Shown in pieces: positions 19,562 through 29,812 of a DNA stretch of 64,000 nt. This DNA comes from an uncultured archaeon (lineage in GTDB: Archaea; Thermoproteota; Nitrososphaeria; JACIWG01), in NCBI GenBank assembly GCA_938034445.1, contig CALHLD010000010.1, positions 6,774 through 70,773 of the forward strand, read 5' to 3'. The stretch's first letter is position 1. Each line of letters begins with the position of its first letter. The position numbers and the translations under genes were made by a program. The notes under the pieces are model-generated. The model was not told where the DNA came from and ran no database searches. It was given only the letters and a program-made list of their open reading frames with translations.

Positions 19562-19963
19562 TTGAATGTTGCAGAATTAGTTGTTGGATTAATCACATCC
19601 ATTATTTTTGGAGCGATTATTGGTTTAGAAAGGGAGATTACTCATAAGCCTGCTGGATTAAGAACACATATGCTAGTTTGCCTTGGTTCATGCCTTTTCA
19701 CCATTGTATCTTTAAAGTTTGGAATGGATCCTGCAAGAATTGCTTCTGGAATTGTTACGGGAATCGGCTTTATAGGTGCTGGAACAATAATTGCTGAGCA
19801 GGGAAAAGTTGTTGGGATAACGACTGCAGCAAGTTTATGGGTTACAGCTGCTATAGGCTTAACAATAGGTATGGGTGAGTACATATTAGCTGGAGTGTCA
19901 ACATTACTAGTTTTTCTTATATTAACTTCAAAAATCATTTCAAAAAAGCTATTTAATCTTTAG
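19562..19963 (+). CDS. MgtC/SapB family membrane protein
   Basis: IGLERE..HKPAGLRTHMLV, DPARIASGIVTGIGFIGAG, GITTAASLW. Confidence 0.92.
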   Translation: MNVAELVVGLITSIIFGAIIGLEREITHKPAGLRTHMLVCLGSCLFTIVSLKFGMDPARIASGIVTGIGFIGAGTIIAEQGKVVGITTAASLWVTAAIGLTIGMGEYILAGVSTLLVFLILTSKIISKKLFNL

Positions 19964-20052
19964 CGATTTTTCATAGTTCATAAGGTTGAACGTATATTAA
20001 TTTCTTTTGTGGCCACATTATATTTATAGTATAGGATTAAAGAGTGATAAGC

Positions 20053-21219
20053 TTAAAAGTCAACTTCTGTACAATTAAAAGCATATGTGAAGAGTCTTTT
20101 TAATTCTTCTTCGTCTGGAATTCTTGGGTTAGTGATAGTCTCAGAGGAGACCATAGCTCTATTAATTAATTCATCCAGTTCACTTGCAAATGTTTTCCAG
20201 TCTAAGCCCATGTCTTTAATAGAAAAGGGCACACTCACCTTTTCCATTAAATCTTTTACTGCTTGAATAAGCGTTTCTATATATTTTTGATTCGTGTTAG
20301 CTTGGATGCCGATTGATTTTGCAATCTCGACATACAGTTCAGCTGTTTTCCCAACATTATATTTAATAACATAAGGTAAAAGCATACCAACAGTTCTACC
20401 ATGAGGAATCTTGAAGATTGCACCTAATGCATGGCCCATAGAATGAGCGAGTCCTGCCTGAGAATTACCGAAAGCGAGTCCAGACATTGTTGCTGCAACA
20501 TGCATTTTTTCTCTTGCTTCTATGTCATCTGGATTATTGTAAGCTCTTGGAAGGTATTCAAAAATAATCTTGATCGCGCCTATGGCCATAGCGTTTGAGA
20601 AATCATTCCTCCACTGGTTAACATAAGCTTCCATAGAATGTACAAGTGCATCCATGCCGGAGTCGCTAGTAAGTCTGGGAGGCATAAACTTGGGAAATTG
20701 TGGGTCAAGAATAACTATGTCAGGAACTAATTCTTTTGAAGCCAATTCTAACTTTGTTCGGCCGGCACTATCAGTAATTATCGTGGCCCATGTTGCTTCT
20801 GAACCAGACCCGCTTGTTGTTGGAATACATATTAACTTAGCTTTATTTCTAAGTCCTAATTTTTCCAACGGAGAAATTGCACCTACTTCCATATCCGGAC
20901 GTTCATAGAGAACCCATATTGCCTTTGCAGCGTCCATGTTACTGCCACCGCCTAGGCCTATGAGCCAATCAGGACCATATTCTTTAGCTAGTTTAGCGCC
21001 TTTTACTATGGTTTCAATAGATGGCTCAGGCTCAACTTCGTCAAAGGTTTTTGTCTGAAGTCCTGCTTCCTCTAAATACTTTGACACTTTCTCTGCAAAT
21101 CCAAGTTTCTTAACAGTCTTACCTGTTATTATTAGTGCTTTATTTCCCTCTATCTCCTTAAGATATTCCAGTGCATCTTCGCCAAAGAGTATCTTCCTTG
21201 GGCTTGTAAATTCCCACAA
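20053..21219 (-). CDS. Iron-containing alcohol dehydrogenase
   Basis: GLGGGSNMDAAK, IPTTSGSGSE, GMDALVHSME, AHSMGH, PHG. Confidence 0.93.
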   Translation of the reverse strand: MWEFTSPRKILFGEDALEYLKEIEGNKALIITGKTVKKLGFAEKVSKYLEEAGLQTKTFDEVEPEPSIETIVKGAKLAKEYGPDWLIGLGGGSNMDAAKAIWVLYERPDMEVGAISPLEKLGLRNKAKLICIPTTSGSGSEATWATIITDSAGRTKLELASKELVPDIVILDPQFPKFMPPRLTSDSGMDALVHSMEAYVNQWRNDFSNAMAIGAIKIIFEYLPRAYNNPDDIEAREKMHVAATMSGLAFGNSQAGLAHSMGHALGAIFKIPHGRTVGMLLPYVIKYNVGKTAELYVEIAKSIGIQANTNQKYIETLIQAVKDLMEKVSVPFSIKDMGLDWKTFASELDELINRAMVSSETITNPRIPDEEELKRLFTYAFNCTEVDF

Positions 21220-21233
21220 TATGTTTCACTTTA

Positions 21234-21653
21234 TTATAGAAATCTGGTTGGAACTCGATTGCAGTTTTTTGCCAACTCTGATGCAGCTTTCACATTCCTC
21301 ATAATTTTAGACATACTTCCTGACAATTTAAATTTACGAACAAGTAGTGCCTTTATGGGATCCAGTTCTCCTTTAGCAAGCTTTTCCCAATTTTCATAAG
21401 ATCCTTCAAAAATAAATTCGGTTTTCTTAGCGCTTCTATCGGGTAATATCTTATAGTCTTGACATTTGCCATGCCAGAGGTCAAGGTAAAGTATGATTTC
21501 AGATTTAACTTTAGGTCCAGTGTTAACTATAAAGAGAAAGTCACCTTCCCAATCTTTGGCAGCCTCAAAGTAGATTTGATTCTTATTGAGTTCCTCTACA
21601 AATCGTTTAACCCATTCTTCGCTTAAAAAAAGTAATTTTTCCTCATAGCCCAT
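21234..21653 (-). CDS. SCP2 sterol/lipid-binding domain protein
   Basis: FLSEEW, AAKDWEGDF, LDLWHGKC, LDPIKALL..KFKLSG. Confidence 0.85.
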   Translation of the reverse strand: MGYEEKLLFLSEEWVKRFVEELNKNQIYFEAAKDWEGDFLFIVNTGPKVKSEIILYLDLWHGKCQDYKILPDRSAKKTEFIFEGSYENWEKLAKGELDPIKALLVRKFKLSGSMSKIMRNVKAASELAKNCNRVPTRFL

Positions 21654-21765
21654 GATTATAGTAGGTAAAGACTTATTATTAAACTTATGTTTTAGTTTAA
21701 GTTCATGAATAAATAATCAAATTTAATATAATTTATTCAAGAAAAATAATAGAAAAAGTTTTATA

Positions 21766-23465
21766 TTAAACATTTATTATTTTTTCAACATAAATTTTTA
21801 TTATGTCTGTTGCAGTTATGACACCTTCCATAATTTTATCTTCACTATTATTTACGATAAACGCATGGTCTTCCTCGGCTTCCAACATCCTTTCAACTAT
21901 TTCAATTAATGTTTGTTCTTTAGTTGCTAAAAGAGGTTTTTTCATTTCCAGGCTCGAAACAGGTATAATCCACTTATCTTTTTCTACAGTGAAAATTGAT
22001 TCTATGTCAATAGAGCCTATTATTTGATTTTTATTATTAACAATCGGATAAGTTCTATAAACTTTTGCTCTAACAGTTTTTAATGCCTCTTTGATAGTTG
22101 TATCTGCTTTAAAGCATATTGGTTTATTCAACTTTAGTGAAGAAATATTTAAATTTGGTATTAGACTTTTCCTAAAAATTTCCTCTAATTCAAGTAAAGC
22201 TTCCATTTTACTTGAAGGTTTTTTATTCAATTGGCTTTCATAAAACGAGTAATTTCCGGTTATAAAGTAGCTTATCGAAGCTGAGAGCACTATATACATT
22301 ATAGGACTTGAGCCTATGGTTTCTGTTACAAAGGCTATTCCTGTAAGTAGACTTTTTGATGCCGCAGCAAGAATGGAGCCCATGGCTATTATGGCAAATA
22401 ATGATTCTGGATTTAATCCGAAAATTTTTGCATATATTAGTCCACACATACCTCCAACATACAATGATGGTATAAAGAGACCTACATTTCCTCTTGATGC
22501 AATTGTTAATGAAGTCGTAATAATTTTTAGTACAAGTAATGTTAAAAGGGTTTGAATTGTAATATTATAATTTGATATGTTACTGATTTCTCTTATTATT
22601 TCGTAGCCTATTCCAAGAACTTGTGGATAAAAGAATCCTATTAGTCCAATAATAGTACCACCGACTATGACTGAAAGCAGCGTGTTTAATTTAGAGCCGA
22701 TAACCTGTATAAGGGTCTTCGTATTATCCAATACTTTTATAAACACTATTGCTAGGATTGAAGTGATTATTCCTAAAAATATTGTATGAAATAATAGGTT
22801 TGTTGATATTTCTACATTTATTCTTGTGGAAAAAATACTTTCTCCTCCAAAAAATAGTACTGAGAAAATATATGCTGAAATCGAAGATAATGCTGCTGGA
22901 ATAAAAGCGTCTTTTTCAAGATCCTTCTTATATGGTATTTCAAAGCTAACAGTATCCCTGTTAGAGGCGCTTTAAATAATGCAGTAAAACCAGCAGAGGC
23001 ACCACATAGATATAATAATTTAATTTCCTTCGGCTTAAGTTTCTGCAGTATATATGATGATATACCACCGCCTAAAAGAAGGCTGGGCCCTTCTAAACCA
23101 CCACTACCACCAAATCCTAATGTAATTGTTGAAGAAAAAGTTTTAACCAAAACATCTTTTATCTCAATTATTCCGTTTCTGTGATGATATGATTCTATCA
23201 TTAGGTCTGTTCCACATCCACTTTCCTTGTATTTTGCAAAAAAATGGTTTAGAGTGAAGGATAAAATTAGACCAAGCAGCGGAAAACAGATTATTAAATA
23301 ATATGAGAAGTCAACTATTATTGTTCGGAAAATATAATTAAATACGTTATATAATTGAAGCATTAATGCTACAGCTGCTGCTGAAGTGAATCCCAGAAAT
23401 ATGGGTACTAGCGTATATTTGTATAATTCGAAGCCTTCTATTTTTATCATAAATCTGTTATCCAC
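21766..23465 (-). pseudogene. ClC chloride channel/antiporter with CBS pair, frameshifted
   Basis: GCGTD, GGLEGP, FKAPLTG and GLFIP motifs plus CBS domains. One missing base near 22941 (GCT TTG AAA TAC vs expected ALEIPYKKD) joins ORFs 22818..23465 and 21766..22746. Confidence 0.85.
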
Positions 23466-23510
23466 CCTTTATAGAATCACTAGCTTTATTCATACTTCAT
23501 TAACTTATGT

Positions 23511-24584
23511 CTAAGGCTTTATGACAACCCTTAAAGCATACCTACAATTGATTGCTATGTCAAATGCTTTTTGCCATTCGCTTAAACTAAAAACATGTGA
23601 AATCAATGGCTTTAATTTAATCTTTCCTGTTGAAATTAATTTGATTGCCGTTTCCCAAGAATGCCATATATGGGATATTTCACCTAATATTGTTATTTCT
23701 TTGGTAATCAAATCATAGGTATCTAAAGTGACATTAATTCCACCCACTATTCCACCACCTGAGACCACAATACGACCACCCGGTCTAACAGACTTATAGC
23801 CCAACAGTACTGCATCTCCTGTTCCTGCAGCTTCAACAACAACATCAGCACCCCAACCATGTGTTGAATCCTTAACCATTTTAACCAAATCTTCTTCATT
23901 TACATTGACAACAACATCGGCACCCAACTCTTTTGCTAAAGGAAGCCTCTTTTCCTCATCAAAACTTGTTCCTGCAACTATAATAGGCCAAGCACCAATT
24001 GCTTTAGCAACCTGTAATAAAATTAAACCTCTTGGACCTGGACCTATTATTAGAACAGATTCGCCAGCTACTAATTGCGCTCTCTCTATTAGCGAATGTA
24101 CACATCCGGCTGTTGTCTCAACTAAAACTGCTTCTAGTTCCCCTATATTATCTGGTAGTTTATGTAAAGAGTAAGCAGGCCAAGCCGCATATCTGGCAAA
24201 GCCCCCTCCAGTTGTATAGTGTACCCTTTGTTCTTTTACAGGAATGTTGCAGCATATGTTTATTTTACCTTGCTTACAATTAACGCAGTTACCACAATAG
24301 AATGTTACTATTTCGCCAACAACTCTGTCGCCTGGCTTAAAATCCTTTACATTTGCGCCTACATCTTTTACTACTGCTGAAATTTCATGCCCCATTATAC
24401 TGGGCTTCTTAGGTCCTTCAACTTCCCTTCTGTGTTTCCAATAATGTAGGTCACTTCCACATATACCACAATATTTTATTTCTAAAATTGTATCATTTGG
24501 AGCATATGGGTTTTCACCTATTATTGGTTCTTTAACTTCCTCTAGTTTAAACTCAGAATTTGGGTAAAGTAGTAGAGCTTGCAC
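23511..24584 (-). CDS. Zn-dependent (MDR) dehydrogenase, threonine/sorbitol dehydrogenase-like
   Basis: CGICGSDLH, GHE, CGNCVNC...C, GPGPRG. Confidence 0.9.
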   Translation of the reverse strand: MQALLLYPNSEFKLEEVKEPIIGENPYAPNDTILEIKYCGICGSDLHYWKHRREVEGPKKPSIMGHEISAVVKDVGANVKDFKPGDRVVGEIVTFYCGNCVNCKQGKINICCNIPVKEQRVHYTTGGGFARYAAWPAYSLHKLPDNIGELEAVLVETTAGCVHSLIERAQLVAGESVLIIGPGPRGLILLQVAKAIGAWPIIVAGTSFDEEKRLPLAKELGADVVVNVNEEDLVKMVKDSTHGWGADVVVEAAGTGDAVLLGYKSVRPGGRIVVSGGGIVGGINVTLDTYDLITKEITILGEISHIWHSWETAIKLISTGKIKLKPLISHVFSLSEWQKAFDIAINCRYALRVVIKP

Positions 24585-24619
24585 ATGATAGCCTTCTTCT
24601 TCTAATTAATTTAACCTTA

Positions 24620-24650
24620 ATTATCAAGCTTGATATCAAGCTCGATATAA
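24620..24650. promoter_or_regulatory. Tandem palindromic operator-like element (copy 1)
   Basis: ATTATCAAGCTTGATATCAAGCTCGATATAA between divergent ADH genes; 29/31 identical to the reverse complement of 29813-29843. Confidence 0.6.
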
Positions 24651-24732
24651 GCATCATGCTGATAAAAATAGCGTTATTTGATTACCAAATTATATATGAT
24701 GGCACTTAAGCTATTTTGTTGGTGGCAGGATT

Positions 24733-25746
24733 TTGAAAGCTATGGTTTTGAAACAGATTTCGAGGGTAGAAGATATGCCTTTACAATTGGAGGAGGTGCC
24801 GAAACCAGATTTACAATCGAATGAAATTTTGGTTAAGATTACCGCTTGCGGTATTTGCCGTACTGAGATAGATGAAATTGAAGGGAGACGTGTGCCTAAG
24901 CTTCCTATAATTTTAGGTCATGAAATTGTTGGTAAAATTGAATCTTTAGGTCCTTGGGCTAAAAAATTTAATTTGGGCGATAGAGTCGGTATAGCATGGA
25001 TATATCATGTATGTGGACAATGTACCTTTTGTTTAAGTGGACAAGAAAATTTATGTGACCAATTTAAGGCAACAGGATGCGATGTTAATGGAGGCTATGC
25101 AGAATACATAAAGGTTAAAGAAGATTTCGTATACCCTATTCCTGAAAAATTTGATGATTCACATGCTGCTCCACTATTATGTGCGGGGGCTATAGGCTAT
25201 AGGGCCCTAAAACTTACTGGTCTAAAAGATGGTGAGACTATAGGCCTTTTTGGCTTCGGTGCTTCTGCACATCAAGTTTTCCAGCTTATAAGACATTTGT
25301 ATCCAAAATCTAAAATATTTGTCTTTACAAGAAGGAAAGGTGACGCACCAAGTGTTCTTGCCAAAGAAATGGGCGCGGATTGGGTTGGAGAGACTGGTGA
25401 AGAGCCGCCTGAAAAGTTTAATAGGGCAATAGATACAACACCTGTAGGACGGCCTGTTATTGAAGCATTAAAGCACTTGAGTAAGGGTGGTCGACTGGTT
25501 ATAAATGTTATAAGGAAAGAGGAGTTAATACCTCAAATTATATATGAACAGCATTTATGGTATGAGAAGGAGGTAAAAAGTGTTGCAAATATTACTAGAA
25601 AGGATGTACAAGAATTTCTTAAAATAGCCGCAGAGGTTCCAATAATACCTGAGATTAGAGAATTTAAGCTAGAAGAAGCTAATAAAGCCTTACTAATGTT
25701 AAAACGCGGTGAATATCGTGGTGCTGGTGTATTAAAAATAGGGTAA
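24733..25746 (+). CDS. Zn-dependent alcohol dehydrogenase (AdhP-like)
   Basis: CGICRTE, GHE, CGQCTFC...ENLC, APLLCAGAIGYR, GFGASAH. Confidence 0.92.
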   Translation: MKAMVLKQISRVEDMPLQLEEVPKPDLQSNEILVKITACGICRTEIDEIEGRRVPKLPIILGHEIVGKIESLGPWAKKFNLGDRVGIAWIYHVCGQCTFCLSGQENLCDQFKATGCDVNGGYAEYIKVKEDFVYPIPEKFDDSHAAPLLCAGAIGYRALKLTGLKDGETIGLFGFGASAHQVFQLIRHLYPKSKIFVFTRRKGDAPSVLAKEMGADWVGETGEEPPEKFNRAIDTTPVGRPVIEALKHLSKGGRLVINVIRKEELIPQIIYEQHLWYEKEVKSVANITRKDVQEFLKIAAEVPIIPEIREFKLEEANKALLMLKRGEYRGAGVLKIG

Positions 25747-25792
25747 CCTTTCTACTTCAAAACTATCTCAATAGTTATCATTAAAACTTTTA

Positions 25793-25830
25793 TAGTTCTG
25801 GGGCAGAACTATGGTTCTGGGGTAGAACTT
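25793..25830. promoter_or_regulatory. Tandem 19-bp palindromic repeat at the ATPase start
   Basis: TAGTTCTGGGGCAGAACTA followed by TGGTTCTGGGGTAGAACTT; overlaps the TTG start. Confidence 0.6.
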
Positions 25831-26872
25831 GATATTTGATGCTAGACCAAAAATGAAAAGAGAAGACTTATTCGATAGAGAAAAGGAGCTTGAAGACTTA
25901 CATAATAATCTTGATGTACCTATGATAATAATTACAGGTATAAGACGAATTGGTAAATCATCAATTTTAAATGTATTCTTGAATGAGATTAATTATCCTA
26001 CCATAGTGCTAGATTTAAGAGCATTAAGAAATAACTATGGCTTAAAAGAATTTTACGATATACTTTCTCAAAGCATTTCTTCTAAGATTGAAAAGCTTAT
26101 TGATGTTATTAAAAGTATAAGTGCGATAAGAATAGCTGGAAACGAAATAGAAATAAAATGGAAAGGGAAAGGTGCTTTAAATCTTACTTCATTTTTTGAT
26201 CACATTAATAGAAAGAGAATTATAATAGCTTTTGATGAAGCACAAAAATTAAGGGGACCTAGATCCAATGAAATTCTTAATGCAATTGCTCATGCATACG
26301 ATTATGATAAAAACATAGGCTTCATCTTTACAGGTTCCGAAATTGGTTTACTTTACGATTTTTTAAAAATTAAAGATACTACTTCACCACTATATGGCAG
26401 ATATTATTATAATTTAACTGTTGAACGTTTTTCTAAAGATATTGCAAAAGATTTCTTAAGGTCTGGTTTTAAAGAATATGGGATGGTCGTAGATGAGAAC
26501 ACCTTAGAAGAATGTGTTTCGTTCTTTGACGGTATACCGGGCTGGTTGACATTTTATGGTAATGAAGTTGTGAGGGGGCATAAAAGATTTAACGTTATAA
26601 AGGAAATGGCGGTAAATTTGGCAAAAAATGAGCTTAGGAATTTAATTAAAAATAGGGGAAGTAAAAGGTACGCGACGGTATTACAAGGGATAGCATTAGG
26701 TAAAAATTCATGGAGTAAAATTAAGGAATATGTGGAAGAGAGGGAAAAGACAACAATCTCAAAAAGTATATTGTATAATATTTTGAATAACTTAGAAGAA
26801 TTAAGTATAATTAAAGACTATGAATTCATGGATCCAGTTTATAGGGAAGCTGCTAAAAGACTTAATTATTAA
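25829..26872 (+). CDS. Archaeal AAA+ ATPase (ATPase_2-like) with C-terminal wHTH
   Basis: DLFDREKE, Walker A GIRRIGKS, Walker B IAFDEAQ, FTGSEIG, LYGR, DGIPGWL. Confidence 0.9.
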   Translation: MIFDARPKMKREDLFDREKELEDLHNNLDVPMIIITGIRRIGKSSILNVFLNEINYPTIVLDLRALRNNYGLKEFYDILSQSISSKIEKLIDVIKSISAIRIAGNEIEIKWKGKGALNLTSFFDHINRKRIIIAFDEAQKLRGPRSNEILNAIAHAYDYDKNIGFIFTGSEIGLLYDFLKIKDTTSPLYGRYYYNLTVERFSKDIAKDFLRSGFKEYGMVVDENTLEECVSFFDGIPGWLTFYGNEVVRGHKRFNVIKEMAVNLAKNELRNLIKNRGSKRYATVLQGIALGKNSWSKIKEYVEEREKTTISKSILYNILNNLEELSIIKDYEFMDPVYREAAKRLNY

Positions 26873-27019
26873 AATTCTTTTTAAAGACGATTATGGAACT
26901 TAATGAGTAGAAGTATTGTCACCAAGCTGTTAGAAAATATTCTGTTTAAGAACCTAGAAAAGCTTGACAAGGATGAAGATTATAGAAATGGAAAAACTTG
27001 CTTTCTAGAGCATGTAGTA

Positions 27020-27328
27020 TTAAACTTCAACCAGTTCTTCTTTTATAAACCTTTTATACCAATGCTCGAATTTTTCAATAGAAGTTATATGAAGTTCTAT
27101 AGGTGCTTCAGTGCTCATGTACACTTGAGCTTTGACTTTATACTCTTCATCCTTTGAAATATTCTTTTCAAGTACTACTAAAATATCTATGTCGCTCACT
27201 GCAGTATATTTACCTTTAACAACAGAACCGAAGACATAAACTTTTGAGTTTGGCCAATGTTTCAACACCAGCCTTTTTACTTCCTCAGCTACGGCTTTGT
27301 AGTTTTCTAGACTCTCAAGTAAGTGCAC
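27020..27328 (-). CDS. MNT minimal nucleotidyltransferase antitoxin
   Basis: VYVFGSVVKG...SDIDILVV; directly downstream of the HEPN gene. Confidence 0.88.
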   Translation of the reverse strand: MHLLESLENYKAVAEEVKRLVLKHWPNSKVYVFGSVVKGKYTAVSDIDILVVLEKNISKDEEYKVKAQVYMSTEAPIELHITSIEKFEHWYKRFIKEELVEV

Positions 27329-27347
27329 TCTATAATCTAATAACTTA

Positions 27348-27734
27348 TCATATTCTTTCGATTGCAGGCTTAAACACCTCTTTTACAAACTTAAGTATCT
27401 CCTCGACCTCTACTTTCTCATACTTCCTTGGCAAATACCTTGATCCTATATAGGCATCTTCTATTTTAGTTAACATGACAACCCATTTACTATCGAGTAA
27501 TAGATCTTTCAGGCTACTCGTTAAAGTTGAAAGATTTCTTAACAAGCCTATTAAAGAATGAGTTCTTGGATATGTACCAACTTTTACTAACAAACAATAT
27601 TTTAGAATCAGCTGGCAATATTGTTCCACGTTAAATGCAGCTAAATCGTAGTTTCCTTTTGCAGCTAATTCTTCTGCATTAGCAAGAAAACTTTCAGCAC
27701 GTTCTCGCAAAAGTTCTGCTTCCTCAAAACTCAC
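27348..27734 (-). CDS. HEPN domain protein
   Basis: YDLAAFNVEQYCQLILK, YPRTHSL, AYIGSRY. Confidence 0.9.
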   Translation of the reverse strand: MSFEEAELLRERAESFLANAEELAAKGNYDLAAFNVEQYCQLILKYCLLVKVGTYPRTHSLIGLLRNLSTLTSSLKDLLLDSKWVVMLTKIEDAYIGSRYLPRKYEKVEVEEILKFVKEVFKPAIERI

Positions 27735-27983
27735 TTATACCACCGATATAGTTACATACTCCTATAATATAATTTTTGGCTTTCATTTAAAAAACAGTGT
27801 TTCACTATACGTTTAACCACTCTGTGAGTTAATAAACTGCATTATCAAATTCATCCTGAACCATAATTAAAATGTCAGTTTTGAATAAGTCAACTTATGT
27901 CTATTCAGAGATACTAAATTATCAATTATGTACTTGTAAAAATCACTTGTTATGACATGGGCCTTGTTTGCAACTATTGGTTA

Positions 27984-28052
27984 TTAGTGATAGTTTTATA
28001 TCATATAGGGGTTAGCTTCCTTTTTAGGTTTAGTGATAGTAAAATATCATAT
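27984..28052. repeat. Two 23-bp direct repeats with TGATA-N6-TATCA core
   Basis: TTAGTGATAGTTTTATATCATAT (27984-28006) and TTAGTGATAGTAAAATATCATAT (28030-28052). Confidence 0.65.
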
Positions 28053-28093
28053 TTTTATTGATATCCAGTCTAATCTTTATTTAAAAGTTTTTG

Positions 28094-28270
28094 TTACTTA
28101 GAGCTTTCTTTTAAGATCGCTTTTTCTAAAAGTTCCTCGATTAAACTGCTTCTGCTAGATTTTATATCATTGCCATATTCTAGTTCCTTAATTTGTCTTT
28201 GTCTAACAAGTTCATCTATTTTTTTTAAAAGCTCTTCTTTTATTGATATAGTTACCTTAACCTTTTTCAT
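28094..28270 (-). CDS. Ribbon-helix-helix (CopG-like) regulator
   Basis: KVKVTISIKEELLKKIDELV...SRSSLIEELL. Internal ATG at 28270 is likely. Confidence 0.8.
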   Translation of the reverse strand: MKKVKVTISIKEELLKKIDELVRQRQIKELEYGNDIKSSRSSLIEELLEKAILKESSK

Positions 28271-28296
28271 ACCGTAATACCATAATACCTTCATAC
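28265..28296 (-). promoter_or_regulatory. Four tandem 8-bp repeats over the RHH start
   Basis: GTATGAAG GTATTATG GTATTACG GTATGAAA. Confidence 0.6.
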
Positions 28297-28390
28297 TTTT
28301 ATATTTTAATATTACACCATGGTATCATAATACTCAAAATTCAAGACAATCACCATTTTCTTAAAAATCTCATATTTATGATATAAAATT

Positions 28391-29287
28391 TTAAGGTATT
28401 AAATAAAAAGGAACATACTTAGACCTAATAATTATAATAATTGCACCTATTAACGGCCTTATTGAAACATTACCAATTTCCTTGGAATAAAAATGCCCTA
28501 AAAGATATATAAATAGAGGCTGCGAATTTATTATTGGTGCTACCTTAGAAACATCACCACAGCTTAATGCATAAAAAGTAAATATCCATGCCAAAGCCAT
28601 AACAATGCCAGAAACCCACATAAGTTTAAAATCATTCCATGTAATTGGTCTAATTTTTCTACTTTTAAAAATGTAGACTAGGTAATATAGTATAAGGGCT
28701 GCTAAATTTGCGACAACCGTTCCAAGAAAAGGTTGATTTGAAATATTTAGAGCAATTTTTCTTATAGAATCACCTAATCCACCCATCAGTACACCTGACA
28801 TTGGTAATATTATATAGGCAACTTTTGTTTTTTGGCCATTATTCCTGCTTATACTAGTTTCTATTATTATCGCACCAACTATTATTGCTAAGATACCTAT
28901 CCAAAGGTTTGGAGGGAACATTTCTGAAAGAACTATTACAGCAGATATTGCTGATATTATGGGTTGAGATGGCATTATGGATGATGTGATTAAGGCACCA
29001 ACTTTTTGTAAGCTCTGAAAAAATATTAGCCTAGCCAAACCTGGCGCAATAAGACCACTTAAGGTGAACAAAAATATGCTTATCATATTTATTTGGCTAA
29101 AGTCTACAAAAAATAGGAAAGGAATATAGGTTGCACAGCTAATAGCAGAAACAAGCAAACTACATGATAAGTAATCCATTTTTTGTAATCCCCTTTTTAT
29201 ACCAATTACATTATATGCAAATGTGAAAGACGAAAGGATCGCAAATACTATCTCAATCATATTATGGTAATAGGGGTGCTTATTCAA
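28391..29287 (-). CDS. DMT/EamA family transporter
   Basis: About 10 TM segments in two EamA repeats; FYALSCGDVSKVAPI. Confidence 0.88.
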   Translation of the reverse strand: MNKHPYYHNMIEIVFAILSSFTFAYNVIGIKRGLQKMDYLSCSLLVSAISCATYIPFLFFVDFSQINMISIFLFTLSGLIAPGLARLIFFQSLQKVGALITSSIMPSQPIISAISAVIVLSEMFPPNLWIGILAIIVGAIIIETSISRNNGQKTKVAYIILPMSGVLMGGLGDSIRKIALNISNQPFLGTVVANLAALILYYLVYIFKSRKIRPITWNDFKLMWVSGIVMALAWIFTFYALSCGDVSKVAPIINSQPLFIYLLGHFYSKEIGNVSIRPLIGAIIIIIRSKYVPFYLIP

Positions 29288-29377
29288 TGCATATTTGTTT
29301 TAAACATTAAATCTAAAGTTAGGTAGAACAAATTAAAAGTTTTAAATACAAGAAATTTTTAATAAAATAAGATTAGC

Positions 29378-29803
29378 TTGAGTATGCCAAAAGGTTTGAA
29401 TTTAGAAGAAAGTGAAAAACCTGTTTGGTATGGTCGTATGAGTTGGAAGGCGAACTGGTTTCTAATATTACTTGCGATATTAACAATTTGGTTTTTTGGA
29501 TTAGGTCTTATTTTCCTTTTATTAGGTCTCCTTAGAGTAAAGTCAACAGAATATTTTATTTCGGATAAAAGGATTTTTGTTAGGTATGGTCTTTTCAAAA
29601 AAACTGTTTTGCAAATTAGGAATGAGTGGATCTCAAGTTATCTTATAAGTCAAAGTTTCTTCGGAAAGATATTCAATTATGGCCGAGTTTGGGTTAGCAC
29701 GCCAGGATATTTTAGTGGTGTAACTGTTATAAAAAATGTTTCTAACCCAAATTTTTTTAAAATAGTATTAGAACGTTTGCTCGAAAAGCAGTCAGTTAAC
29801 TAG
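29378..29803 (+). CDS. Membrane protein with bacterial PH (bPH_2) domain
   Basis: TM hairpin then TEYFISDKRI..RYGLF, QSFFGKIFNYG. Confidence 0.82.
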   Translation: MSMPKGLNLEESEKPVWYGRMSWKANWFLILLAILTIWFFGLGLIFLLLGLLRVKSTEYFISDKRIFVRYGLFKKTVLQIRNEWISSYLISQSFFGKIFNYGRVWVSTPGYFSGVTVIKNVSNPNFFKIVLERLLEKQSVN

Positions 29804-29812
29804 CTAAAATAA

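Noticed and set aside
26903-27157. 84-aa plus-strand ORF
   Set aside because: Overlaps the MNT gene in antisense and has no recognisable motif.
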